DNA from: Thermoguttaceae bacterium
GTDB lineage: Bacteria > Planctomycetota > Planctomycetia > Pirellulales > Thermoguttaceae
Assembly: GCA_028695865.1 (NCBI GenBank)
Contig: JAQVID010000001.1
Coordinates: 1 to 26,343, forward strand
Reading direction: 5' to 3'
DNA length: 26,343 nucleotides
Part shown: in pieces, positions 1 through 9,140 of the stretch
Layout of the letters: each line of letters begins with the position of its first letter
Numbering within the stretch: position 1 is the stretch's first letter
Notes under the pieces: generated by a model
Databases searched by the model: none
Seen by the model: the letters and a program-made list of their open reading frames with translations, nothing else
What the model was told of the DNA's origin: nothing
Made by a program: the position numbers and the translations under genes

Positions 1-2
1 TG

Positions 3-659
3 GCGATTTACAATTTGCGTCCTGAACTGCTTGCCGCCAAACCGATGGCCGTGTTGCGGACCATTACGGATTATTTCCTTGGGTCGTCTCTCGGGTCCGT
101 GACCGTCATTGCGGTGATTATTCTGGCCGTGACTTCAGGCGATACGGCTTTGCGGTGTTGCCGTTTGACGGTTGCCGAACAGTTCAAGTTTCCTCAAATT
201 AAATTGCCAAGCCGCCTGGCAATTTGTATACCGCTGTCGATACTGGTTGTTGCTCTGCTTGCCTGGTCCAACGCAAACGAAGAAACGTTTAATATTCTTT
301 GGCGATATTTCGCCTGGGGCAATCAGGTCCTGGCCGTCATGACGCTTTTGGCGGGAACGGTTTGGCTTTATCGAAGCCGCAAACCGATTTATATCGCATT
401 GGTGCCCGGGGCGTTTATGCTATTTGTTGTTACGACGTTTATTCTGTGGACGTCGACCGCAAAGAACGGGCCGATGGGATTCGGTTTGTCGCTTAAAACG
501 TCATACATTATCGCAGGCGTGATTTCCGCGGTTCTGATCGGAGTCGTACTGATTACCGCCGTCTATCGCCGCAAACTTGACGACAAGGAAGAAGAAAAAC
601 GATCAGAACTTGACCTGCAGGCCGGGCGATCAGCGGACGACGATTCTCTGGCAGGCTGA
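3..659 (+). CDS. cstA: Carbon starvation protein A family peptide/pyruvate transporter, C-terminal part (5' truncated by the window edge)
   Basis: The frame is open from position 3 (AIYNLRPE...). It has several hydrophobic helices and the CstA C-terminal motif ILWRYFAWGNQVLAVMTL, plus VIAVIILAVTSGDTALR. Confidence 0.85.
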   Translation, partial: AIYNLRPELLAAKPMAVLRTITDYFLGSSLGSVTVIAVIILAVTSGDTALRCCRLTVAEQFKFPQIKLPSRLAICIPLSILVVALLAWSNANEETFNILWRYFAWGNQVLAVMTLLAGTVWLYRSRKPIYIALVPGAFMLFVVTTFILWTSTAKNGPMGFGLSLKTSYIIAGVISAVLIGVVLITAVYRRKLDDKEEEKRSELDLQAGRSADDDSLAG

Positions 660-821
660 TGTTTTCGAGACCTTGTGCCATGCACCATGTTTTTCTGCCG
701 CGTGTACCGTTTATGGTCAGTGGACGGGATACGCGGATCGTATAGCACGAAACGTGGATGATTCAAATACCTTTGTTTATTACCATGATAACTTAACTTT
801 TCTTTCCTGACGAATTCAACG

Positions 822-2717
822 ATGTTCAAAAAGACGTTAATTACCCGAAATGCGTGTATCCTGTTTGCGGGACTTTTTGCGCTCATGCTTTGGACATCGT
901 GCCTCATGCCACTCACTTGGGATGAAGGGAACGCGATTCTTCGTTCGGAAACAATGGGAAATTGGCTCTCCTTATTTTGGAGTCGTGACGCGGATACCGC
1001 TTCACCCTTCGCGCCAGAAACAATTAGCAAGTATTGTACGCAAACAAATCAGATCGAAGGGCATCCGGCGGGGTACGTTCTTCTTATCGCAATGGGCAAC
1101 AACGTTGTTCAAGCGACGCGGCTGTCATGTTTGCTTGACGAAAAAACATGTTATCGATTCGGGGCGATCTTTCTTTTCTGCATTGCCTTGACTGCCGTTT
1201 TTATTCGAGTGGGCAAGACGTTTAATCAAACGGCAGGCCTGTTGTGTGTATCGTGTATTGTCCTGATGCCGCGAGTATTTGCCCATGCGCATATTGCGGC
1301 GTGCGATTCGCCCTTAATGAGCTGTTGGCTTTTGGCCTGGGCTCTTTTCGATACGGCTCTAAAAAACAAACGCGGCGTGATTCTTTGGGGTATTGCGACA
1401 GGCTTGGGTTTTTCCATGAAATTTCCACGCTGGATTATCCCCATTCATTCCATTATATTTGCCGCGTGGGAAGTTGTCCACAGGCGACCTTTTGGAAGAA
1501 TTGCCCGGGCATTTGTGATTGGTTTTCCCGTTGCCGTGATTATTTTTTATCTGCTCAATCCGGGCTTGTGGAGCGATCCTGTTACCGGTTTCGTTGAATT
1601 TTTCAGGCTCAATACTCATCGCGACACCAATTATAATATTCCGATCGCGTTTTTGGGAACGCGGTATACATTGGTTTATCCGCTTCCGTGGTACAATACA
1701 CTGTTTTGGGCCGCGATTACAATACCATCCGGCTTTTTGTTTTTCCTCGTTTGTTTCGTTTACAGGAGTTGCTTTGGGGTTGGGCGGAAAGATATGGGCC
1801 AATCGGATTGCGTCGAGCAGATCGTTCGGAATCGTTTGGTTCTTTTGACGGTGTTAAACTTTTTGCCGCTTATGATTATTCGCGCCCTACCAGGTACTCC
1901 GGTTCACGATGGCGTGCGTTTGTTTGTCGCCGCGTTTCCGTTTGCCGGAATCATGGCCGGGCTGGGTGCTGTTTGGCTTTGGGAGGGAAACCGTCTGAAT
2001 GACCAGGTTCCATTGAGGTCCCAGGTCGCCGCGTCTGATCTGGATGTTCAGGATTGCCAACCGGTACGGCATTGCAGCGCGCATCCGCGATTCATACTGT
2101 TCCGGCGAGTGGGTGTTGTTTGCATTCTTTTGGGAAGCGTCTTTAATCTCTGCTGGTATTCACCGCAATGGCTTTCGTATTATAACCTTTGTATTGGTGG
2201 TCTGCCGGGAGCCGTTCGTTCCGGGATGGAAGCGACTTATTATTGGGACAGTCTGGACGACGCAACCATGAATTGGATTAACAGCCATGCCCCGGAGTAT
2301 GCAAAGGACAAAGCCGATTACATCGTCTCATTCAACCAGTATTCCCGTGACACATTGCGCGTTTTGACTCGCTGGGGTAAACTTAAAGTTCCTTGTGTCA
2401 ATCATGCCGTTTCGGACAATACAGCATTGAGCGTATTTCAATGTCGCGCCGGTCTTCTCGGCGACGCTGAAAACGAACTGTTTCGAACGAGCAAGCCGGT
2501 TTACCGTCAAGCGTTGAACCGTCAGGGGCCGGGACCGTGGAACTTATACCGTGTTCCGCTCATTAAAATTTACGAAACGAAAGATTATATTCGTGGACTG
2601 CCGGACGATTCGTCCCGGATTTTGGAAGCGGACGAAATGCTTGAGTATATCCAAAAGCCGGATTCCCCCAAATCGGGAGTGGTCAAGCCCCCGGATTCCC
2701 AACCAAAGAAACATTGA
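822..2717 (+). CDS. Polytopic GT-C fold glycosyltransferase (ArnT/PMT-like, GT39/GT83-like)
   Basis: 631 aa with many TM helices. TWDEG acidic motif after the first helix, plus EGHP, AACDSPL, HDGVRLF and GMEATYYWD motifs typical of ArnT-like membrane glycosyltransferases. Confidence 0.7.
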   Translation: MFKKTLITRNACILFAGLFALMLWTSCLMPLTWDEGNAILRSETMGNWLSLFWSRDADTASPFAPETISKYCTQTNQIEGHPAGYVLLIAMGNNVVQATRLSCLLDEKTCYRFGAIFLFCIALTAVFIRVGKTFNQTAGLLCVSCIVLMPRVFAHAHIAACDSPLMSCWLLAWALFDTALKNKRGVILWGIATGLGFSMKFPRWIIPIHSIIFAAWEVVHRRPFGRIARAFVIGFPVAVIIFYLLNPGLWSDPVTGFVEFFRLNTHRDTNYNIPIAFLGTRYTLVYPLPWYNTLFWAAITIPSGFLFFLVCFVYRSCFGVGRKDMGQSDCVEQIVRNRLVLLTVLNFLPLMIIRALPGTPVHDGVRLFVAAFPFAGIMAGLGAVWLWEGNRLNDQVPLRSQVAASDLDVQDCQPVRHCSAHPRFILFRRVGVVCILLGSVFNLCWYSPQWLSYYNLCIGGLPGAVRSGMEATYYWDSLDDATMNWINSHAPEYAKDKADYIVSFNQYSRDTLRVLTRWGKLKVPCVNHAVSDNTALSVFQCRAGLLGDAENELFRTSKPVYRQALNRQGPGPWNLYRVPLIKIYETKDYIRGLPDDSSRILEADEMLEYIQKPDSPKSGVVKPPDSQPKKH

Positions 2718-2771
2718 TTTAACAACAAAACAACCCTGACTCAAACCGAGCAATTTTATTCGGAGCAACTT

Positions 2772-4454
2772 ATGGCACCACATTTTATTTTCGAAATGAA
2801 CCGCGTTTCAAAACGCTTTGGCGAAAAAACAATCCTTAGTAATATCAGTCTGTCTTTTTACTATGGGGCCAAGATTGGTATTGTCGGCGAAAACGGTGCC
2901 GGCAAATCGACCCTGCTTCGTATTATGGCGGGCCTTGACCGCGATATCGACGGTGATGTCTCCATGGTGAAAGGAATGACTGTTCGCTACGTTGCGCAGG
3001 AACCCGATCTTGATCTTGACGCAACCGTCCGCGATAATCTTCTGTCCGCTCTGGCTCCGATCCAGGCGAAAATCGACCGCTTCAACGAAATCTCGATTGC
3101 CATGGGCGACCCGGATCAGGCCGATAATTTCGACAAGCTTATGGAAGAAATGGGCCGGCTTCAGGAAGAAATTGATCACGTTGAAGGTTGGGAGCTTGAC
3201 CGCAAAATCGACATGGCCGCCGACGCTCTTGTTCTTCCGCCTGACGACGCGATTGTTCGCACGCTTTCCGGAGGAGAACGACGCCGGGTCGCGCTATGCA
3301 ACGCACTCCTGTCGCGGCCCGATCTTTTACTGCTCGATGAACCGACGAATCACTTGGATGCCGAAACGGTTCAATGGCTCGAAGGTACCCTGCGCGATTA
3401 TCCCGGTACGGTGATTATCGTCACTCACGACCGATATTTTCTCGACAACGTGACGAAATGGATTCTGGAAATCGACAATACCCGCGGATTGCCGTTCGAA
3501 GGAAATTATTCTTCCTGGCTTGCACAAAAAGCCGAATTGCTTCGAGTCGCCGAAAAACAGGAATCTCAACGACAGCGAACACTCAAACGCGAACTGCAAT
3601 GGATTCAAATGGCGCACAAGGGCCGATTGCAAAAAAATCAGGCTCGTGTCAGCGCTTATGAGAAACTTGCGTCGGAACAAAAATTGGACGATAAGAGCGA
3701 CGCGATTATACAGATTGCGCCCGGCCCACGCTTGGGGGAAAAAGTTCTGGTCGTCAACGATGTGTGTAAGAGTTTCGAGATTGGCGGAGTCAGGACGACC
3801 CTGCTGGACCATGTTTCGTTTACCGTTCCCCGTGGAGCGATTCTCGGTGTGATCGGTCCCAACGGCGTTGGAAAAACGACGCTCTTCCGCATGATCGTCG
3901 GTCAGGAAACGCCGGACGCCGGGACGATTGAACGAGGCTCTACGGTGCAATTGGCCTATGTCGATCAGCACCGCGATTCACTCAACGACGAGAACACGGT
4001 CTTTCAGGAAATTACCGATGGTAAAGATCGAATTGAACTTGGTCCGATTGAAATGAATTCGCGGGCTTACGTTTCACGTTTTAATTTCCGTGGAACCCAG
4101 CAGCAGCGTCTTGTTGGTGTTTGTTCCGGCGGTGAGCGCAATCGTGTTCATTTGGCCAAACTGCTCAAAAGGGGAGGCAATCTCATTCTACTGGATGAAC
4201 CGACCAACGACCTCGACGTTTCCACTCTCCGGGTACTCGAAGATGCGCTCAACGAGTTTCCCGGCTGTGCAATTGTAATCAGTCACGACCGTTTCTTTTT
4301 GGATCGAATTTGTACGCATTTGCTCATTTTCGAGGGAAACGGCAAAGTTCGCTTTTTCGAAGGCGATTTCACGCAATACGAAGAGATGCTCCGTGCCCAG
4401 GACCCGAATTACGGTCAAAATCGTCGCGCGAAGTATCGTAAAATTCCTTCATGA
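2772..4454 (+). CDS. ettA: Energy-dependent translational throttle protein EttA (ABC-F ATPase)
   Basis: Two ABC cassettes (GENGAGKST/LSGGE/LLLDEPTNHLD and GPNGVGKTT/SGGERNR/LDEPTNDLD) and no TM segments. N-terminal LSFYYGAKIGIVG and inter-ABC linker LKRELQWI as in EttA. Confidence 0.9.
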   Translation: MAPHFIFEMNRVSKRFGEKTILSNISLSFYYGAKIGIVGENGAGKSTLLRIMAGLDRDIDGDVSMVKGMTVRYVAQEPDLDLDATVRDNLLSALAPIQAKIDRFNEISIAMGDPDQADNFDKLMEEMGRLQEEIDHVEGWELDRKIDMAADALVLPPDDAIVRTLSGGERRRVALCNALLSRPDLLLLDEPTNHLDAETVQWLEGTLRDYPGTVIIVTHDRYFLDNVTKWILEIDNTRGLPFEGNYSSWLAQKAELLRVAEKQESQRQRTLKRELQWIQMAHKGRLQKNQARVSAYEKLASEQKLDDKSDAIIQIAPGPRLGEKVLVVNDVCKSFEIGGVRTTLLDHVSFTVPRGAILGVIGPNGVGKTTLFRMIVGQETPDAGTIERGSTVQLAYVDQHRDSLNDENTVFQEITDGKDRIELGPIEMNSRAYVSRFNFRGTQQQRLVGVCSGGERNRVHLAKLLKRGGNLILLDEPTNDLDVSTLRVLEDALNEFPGCAIVISHDRFFLDRICTHLLIFEGNGKVRFFEGDFTQYEEMLRAQDPNYGQNRRAKYRKIPS

Positions 4455-4472
4455 GGATCAAAATAAACAACA

Positions 4473-5057
4473 ATGGGAATCATTCGTCAACCGCAGCCGG
4501 TACTCCTGCTGATTGCCGCGTTCAGTCCGGATATGAACGTGCTTAATCAAGGCAAGCTTCTTGCCACGGACACCTTTGGCCCGCTTTATGCCGAAAGCGA
4601 GCTGTTTCGTTTCGACGAGTTTACCAATTACTATGATGAAGAAATGGGACCCGTCTTGTACAAACAATTGTGGTGTTTCGACGCACCCATTCTGCCCGAT
4701 GCGCTTGCCCGAATCAAAGTGCAAACCAATGGCTGGGAAGAAGAGTTCGCCGAGGCGTTTTCCGCATCGGTGAACTCGCGCAGGCCGCTCAATCTTGACC
4801 CCGGTTATATCGATCCGGGCAAGCTTATTTTGGCTTCGACAAAAGACCATGCCCATCGGATATATCTCGGTCGCGGAATCTTTGCGGAAACGACGCTCAT
4901 GTACACGCAAAAGCATTGGCAAGCTCTGCCGTGGTCGTACCCCGACTACCAAAGTCCAGGGTACCAGGCGTTTTTGAGCCAATGTCGCGAACAGATAAAA
5001 AAACTGCGAACAGAAACTGCCCGAGCCGGTCATGGAACGAAAAAAAAGGAGAAATGA
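4473..5057 (+). CDS. DUF4416 family protein
   Basis: Motifs FTNYYDEEMG, RPLNLDPGYI, LASTKDHAHRIYLGRGIFAE and PWSYPDY match the DUF4416 pattern as I recall it. Confidence 0.8.
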   Translation: MGIIRQPQPVLLLIAAFSPDMNVLNQGKLLATDTFGPLYAESELFRFDEFTNYYDEEMGPVLYKQLWCFDAPILPDALARIKVQTNGWEEEFAEAFSASVNSRRPLNLDPGYIDPGKLILASTKDHAHRIYLGRGIFAETTLMYTQKHWQALPWSYPDYQSPGYQAFLSQCREQIKKLRTETARAGHGTKKKEK

Positions 5058-5132
5058 CGGCTTGCGTTCGTGAAGACGATCAGGTCTGTTGCAACGGTTT
5101 TTGTAAAAGAACAATTCATCGATATCGCCAAG

Positions 5133-5156
5133 GAAACCGCTTGTTTGAGCGGTTTC
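5133..5156 (+). terminator. Stem-loop, possible intrinsic terminator after DUF4416
   Basis: GAAACCGCT-tgtttg-AGCGGTTTC is a perfect 9-bp stem about 75 nt after the stop. The U-tract is weak. Confidence 0.45.
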
Positions 5157-5467
5157 AAAAACACGTTTACAAGAGCCAAAATCGTATTGGCCATGCCGCG
5201 AACACAAGTACGCATTGACCAACGGCTTGAGCTTCCGCGTTTCTTCAGGCGACTTGTGATGGTCCGCGAAAACCGGCCCTTGCCAAATCTCAACAGGAAC
5301 CTGATCGCTTTCAGAATTGATACATTCCGGACCAAGGAGTGAGGAGTGTTTTCCGTTTTCAGAAGGCAACCGGGGAACAAGTCGCCGAAAATCAAGAAAT
5401 CGGAAGAATGGGAAGAATCGGCCGTAAAAAGAGACCATTCAAAATAGTCATGATTGTGAGAAAGACC

Positions 5468-6493
5468 ATGTACGATAAAACCGTTTTAATTACCGGAGGG
5501 GCCGGGTTTATAGGAGCCAATTTCGTCCCTTTTTTCGTCGAAAAATATCCTCAATATCGTGTTATTGTCCTCGACAAATTGACCTATGCCGGAAACAAAG
5601 ACCATTTGAACAAATGCCTCAACCGGGAAAATTACTTGTTCATTCAGGGCGATATTATTGATCGGCCCGCGGTGGAAAAAATCTTTCGCCAGGAGCATAT
5701 TACCGACGTTATTCATTTCGCCGCGGAGAGCCATGTTGATCATTCCATAACGGGTCCGCAGGCTTTTATCGAAACGAATTTGCTCGGGACCTTCACGCTG
5801 CTCGATTTGGCAAGGCTCTATTGGCTCGACGGTCCCAATAAAACACGACCGGGATTCGAAAGAAGCCGCTTTCATCACATCTCGACCGATGAAGTCTATG
5901 GAACGCTTGGTCCCGAAGGCTTCTTTTACGAGACGACTCCTTATGCGCCTAATTCCCCTTACTCCGCGTCGAAAGCCGGTTCTGATTTTCTTGTTCGGGC
6001 ATGGCACCACACGTACGGCATGAATGTTACGACTTCAAACTGTTCAAACAACTATGGCCCCAAACAGCACCCCGAAAAACTGATTCCCAAGATCGTTGCC
6101 AACGCCATGGCAAATATTCCCATTCCCATCTACGGAGACGGCGGAAATGTTCGTGATTGGCTTTACGTACTGGATCACTGCCGGGCAATCGATTTGATTT
6201 TTCATCACGGCCGCAGTGGCGAAACTTACAATGTGGGTGGACACAACGAAAAAAGCAATATCGAAATTGCACAAACCATCTGCAAAATTCTTGACCAAAA
6301 ACGTCCTTGCAAAACAGGTTCCTATGCCAGGCTTCTTGCCTTTGTCGAAGATCGGGCCGGCCACGACCGACGATATGCTATTGACGCGACGAAAATTCAA
6401 TCCGAACTCGGTTGGCGTCCACAGGAAAATTTCGAATCCGGAATTGTAAAAACCATCGACTGGTTGCTTTCCACCATGTCGCCCGTACAATGA
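5468..6493 (+). CDS. rfbB: dTDP-glucose 4,6-dehydratase
   Basis: ITGGAGFIGANF, DKLTYAGN, HFAAESHVDHSI, HISTDEVYG, YSASKA, GDGGNVRDWLYV and DRAGHDRRYAID are all present. The start is placed at ATG 5468 (MYDKTVLITGG) because the upstream in-frame extension is not RfbB-like. Confidence 0.95.
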   Translation: MYDKTVLITGGAGFIGANFVPFFVEKYPQYRVIVLDKLTYAGNKDHLNKCLNRENYLFIQGDIIDRPAVEKIFRQEHITDVIHFAAESHVDHSITGPQAFIETNLLGTFTLLDLARLYWLDGPNKTRPGFERSRFHHISTDEVYGTLGPEGFFYETTPYAPNSPYSASKAGSDFLVRAWHHTYGMNVTTSNCSNNYGPKQHPEKLIPKIVANAMANIPIPIYGDGGNVRDWLYVLDHCRAIDLIFHHGRSGETYNVGGHNEKSNIEIAQTICKILDQKRPCKTGSYARLLAFVEDRAGHDRRYAIDATKIQSELGWRPQENFESGIVKTIDWLLSTMSPVQ

Positions 6494-6501
6494 GCCGCCG
6501 C

Positions 6502-6540
6502 AACGGGAATGAGTAACGGGAATGTACGAATGGAATGATT
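6502..6540. repeat. Degenerate 13-bp tandem repeat, 3 units
   Basis: AACGGGAATGAGT / AACGGGAATGTAC / GAATGGAATGATT, starting 9 nt after the rfbB stop. Confidence 0.55.
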
Positions 6541-6785
6541 CTCCGCAGGTCGCGACATATTCACGCTGAAGAGCAAATTTTCGCGCTTGGGCTTTTCTTC
6601 TTGGCATAACAGACGCAAACGGCATGAAAACAGAGAAAAGGGAAAAGACACCCATGGAAAAACACAAGGTCCATTCTTCTTTTCTTTGGGTGTAGCCTTG
6701 ATTTTGCGTTAAATTGAGCAAGTGCGACAACCGGGAGAACCTTTGTATTTTTCCAATTTCCCCCTCGCGATACGAAATATTCATG

Positions 6786-6814
6786 TTGACAGTTCCGCCC
6801 AGTTCGTTTACAAT
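6786..6814 (+). promoter_or_regulatory. Sigma70-type promoter of the heptose operon
   Basis: TTGACA (6786-6791), 17-nt spacer, TACAAT (6809-6814). Confidence 0.7.
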
Positions 6815-6996
6815 AGGATCAGCCTTTACGGCAACCTTTTTTTGCTGCTTGGAATAAATTGTCGTTATTTTGTTCATATACGCAAAAAGGAGGTTTTTAA
6901 TCAAGCCCATATTCCGATATTTGCGTTTTATTTCACGTGTTTTATCCAGCTTAACAAAAAAGTTCAGCACAATTGAGGCAAGACCCATTTATAATA

Positions 6997-8574
6997 ATGG
7001 ATAAGGCAATCATCGCTAAATTTCGGGACATTCAGGGAAAGAGATGGAACGGCATGGAAGAGACCGATACGAGTATTGAGGGAAAAGTGGAATATCTATG
7101 TTCCTGTGTTGATAAACTTCGACAGGCTAAAGTTCTTGTCGTGGGCGATATCATGTTGGATATCTTCATGTATGGTTCGGTAGACCGAATTTCACCGGAA
7201 GCACCTGTTCCGGTCTTCCGATTCAAACAGCAGAAAGAGATACTCGGTGGAGCAGGCAACGTTGTCGCCAATCTGACCTCACTGGGATGTCCTACGTCGT
7301 TTATTGGTATTATTGGCGATGACGAAGAAGGCCAAAAAATTGTCAAACTTCTCGAACAGGACCATTGTAAAGATTATTCCCTGGCCCTGAAGCAGCATTT
7401 AACGACGGTAAAAACCCGTATTATTGCCTCCCATAATCACCTGCTTCGTTTAGACCGTGAAGTTCCTGTCGCCAATATGGAATCGATATGGCCGAAACTC
7501 TTGGAAAATATCGTTCAGGAAGTTCCCAAGGCGGATATCGTCCTTTTATCCGATTATGGAAAAGGTCTCTTTTCGGCGATAACAACTCCCTTTATTGTCG
7601 ATATATGTCATCGTTTCGAAAAGCCTGTTCTCGTTGATCCAAAGGGAAACGATTACACGAAATACAATGGAGTAACGCTAATTAAACCGAATCTGAAAGA
7701 GTTTCAAGAGGCCACAGGCATGACCTTCGACCCGACTTCCAAAAACTTCCACGATGAAGTCTGTCGAGGGGCTCGAATGCTCTTCGACCGATGTCATATC
7801 GATAAACTGTTAGTAACTTTGAGTCAATATGGAATGCTGTGTGTCGAGGAAGCCGCTCCGCGTGAAGTATTTCAGATTCCGACGGAGGCACGGGAAGTTT
7901 TCGATGTATCCGGGGCGGGCGATACGTCGTTTGCCATGCTTGGCGCGGCTCTGGGTGCCGGTATCCGTATTGTCGATGCCATGGCTCTGGCCAGCGTAGC
8001 TTCCGGTATTGTTGTTGGTAAATTGGGAACTTCCTCCGTTTCTCTGGAAGAGCTTAAAACCGTGTTGGCACAACGCATATCCACCGCAAAACCGATTTTC
8101 GAACGTCAAAAATTATGCAGTCGAAATGAAATCAATCGGCTACTGGCTCCACTGCGGAAACAGGGAAAAACGATCGGCTTTACCAACGGTTGTTTTGATT
8201 GTCTCCACCAAGGACATCTTCACTCGTTTCAGCAGGCGAAAAAAGAATGTGATATTCTGGTTGTTGGTGTTAATTCCGATGCTTCGATCAAACGTTACAA
8301 GGGCCCGGACCGACCGATTCAGGATGAAGTCACGCGCGCGTCAGTCGTTGCGGCACTGGAGTACGTCGATTTCGCCGTCATTTTCGATGACGATTCCGCC
8401 GGACCGTTGGTTGAATTAATTCGACCGGATGTTATCGCCAAAGAAGGATATACTCTCGATAATTGGCCGGAAGCGCAAAAAGTTCTCTCCTATGGTGGAC
8501 GTGCTGTCACACTGAAACGGGTTGAAGGTGCTTCCACAACCAGGCTCGTTGAAAAAATGAAAGGACAAAAGTAA
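6997..8574 (+). CDS. hldE: Bifunctional heptose 7-phosphate kinase / heptose 1-phosphate adenylyltransferase
   Basis: PfkB-type kinase domain (VVGDIMLD, RISPEAPVPV, GGAGNV, LSDYGKG, DVSGAGDT) followed by a cytidylyltransferase-like domain (FTNGCFDCLHQGH, GVNSDASIKRYKG, EGASTT). The first ATG in the frame is at 6997; the exact start is uncertain. Confidence 0.93.
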   Translation: MDKAIIAKFRDIQGKRWNGMEETDTSIEGKVEYLCSCVDKLRQAKVLVVGDIMLDIFMYGSVDRISPEAPVPVFRFKQQKEILGGAGNVVANLTSLGCPTSFIGIIGDDEEGQKIVKLLEQDHCKDYSLALKQHLTTVKTRIIASHNHLLRLDREVPVANMESIWPKLLENIVQEVPKADIVLLSDYGKGLFSAITTPFIVDICHRFEKPVLVDPKGNDYTKYNGVTLIKPNLKEFQEATGMTFDPTSKNFHDEVCRGARMLFDRCHIDKLLVTLSQYGMLCVEEAAPREVFQIPTEAREVFDVSGAGDTSFAMLGAALGAGIRIVDAMALASVASGIVVGKLGTSSVSLEELKTVLAQRISTAKPIFERQKLCSRNEINRLLAPLRKQGKTIGFTNGCFDCLHQGHLHSFQQAKKECDILVVGVNSDASIKRYKGPDRPIQDEVTRASVVAALEYVDFAVIFDDDSAGPLVELIRPDVIAKEGYTLDNWPEAQKVLSYGGRAVTLKRVEGASTTRLVEKMKGQK

Positions 8575-8576
8575 AA

Positions 8577-9140
8577 ATGGATATAGCCCGGGAATTTGGC
8601 ATGATAACGGACGCTTTTTCCCAGTTACATGAGTTGTCCCCTCAAATCGGCAGAATGATCGATCTATGGATAGAATCGCTCAAAAATGAAAAAAAGATCA
8701 TGTTTTGCGGCAACGGCGGCTCGGCGTCGCAATCGCAACATCTGGCCGCGGAACTGGTCGGGCGTTATAAAATCGACAGGCCTGCCATGAACTCAATTTC
8801 TTTAACGGTCGATACCTCGGTATTAACCGCCGTTGGTAACGATTATGGTTACGACGATGTTTTTCGTCGTCAGGTGGAAGGACTCGGCAAACCCGGCGAT
8901 GTTCTGGTCGGACTCTCAACCAGCGGTAACAGCAAAAATATTGTTCTTGCCTTTGAACAGGCGCGTAAACAAGGAATTGTAACCATTGCTTTAACCGGTA
9001 GAAATCGATGCAGAATGAGCGAGTTGGCCGATTTGACCTTGTCCGTTCCCGCGACAGCTTCGAATAGTATTCAGGAAATGCATTTAATGATCGGCCATTT
9101 CGTCTGTGGAAAAGTGGAGTCTTTTTTCTATGGCAAATAA
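8577..9140 (+). CDS. gmhA: Phosphoheptose isomerase (sedoheptulose 7-phosphate isomerase)
   Basis: SIS domain motifs CGNGGSA, QHLAAELVGRY, GNDYGYDDVF, GLSTSGNSKN and IQEMH. Starts 2 nt after the hldE stop. Confidence 0.93.
   Translation: MDIAREFGMITDAFSQLHELSPQIGRMIDLWIESLKNEKKIMFCGNGGSASQSQHLAAELVGRYKIDRPAMNSISLTVDTSVLTAVGNDYGYDDVFRRQVEGLGKPGDVLVGLSTSGNSKNIVLAFEQARKQGIVTIALTGRNRCRMSELADLTLSVPATASNSIQEMHLMIGHFVCGKVESFFYGK

Noticed and set aside
2658-2700. CCGGATTCCC repeated twice at the end of the GT-C gene
   Set aside because: It is a simple KPDS/PPDS duplication in a low-complexity tail with no sign of wider structure.
5070-5342. 90-aa plus-strand ORF in the gap before rfbB
   Set aside because: GTG start with no clear RBS, spans a strong terminator-like hairpin, and has no recognisable motif. 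A small gene cannot be fully excluded.
4458-5438. 326-aa minus-strand ORF
   Set aside because: It is antisense to DUF4416, its composition is not protein-like, and it has no RBS or motif.
5339-5467. Longer starts offered by the ORF track (rfbB 5339, hldE 6973, gmhB 9106, methyltransferase 11881)
   Set aside because: They use GTG or TTG starts, their extensions lack family similarity, and downstream ATGs fit the homologue N-termini or RBS better.
6044-6988. 314-aa minus-strand ORF
   Set aside because: Half of it is antisense to rfbB and the rest crosses the hldE promoter. It has no family motif and is a typical shadow ORF.
8515-8545. HldE C-terminal STT motif as a sign of CDP/UDP-heptose synthesis
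   Set aside because: As I recall it, the reported hallmark needs Arg immediately before STT (xxxGRSTT). This protein has VEGASTT, so there is no basis to predict the broader nucleotide range.
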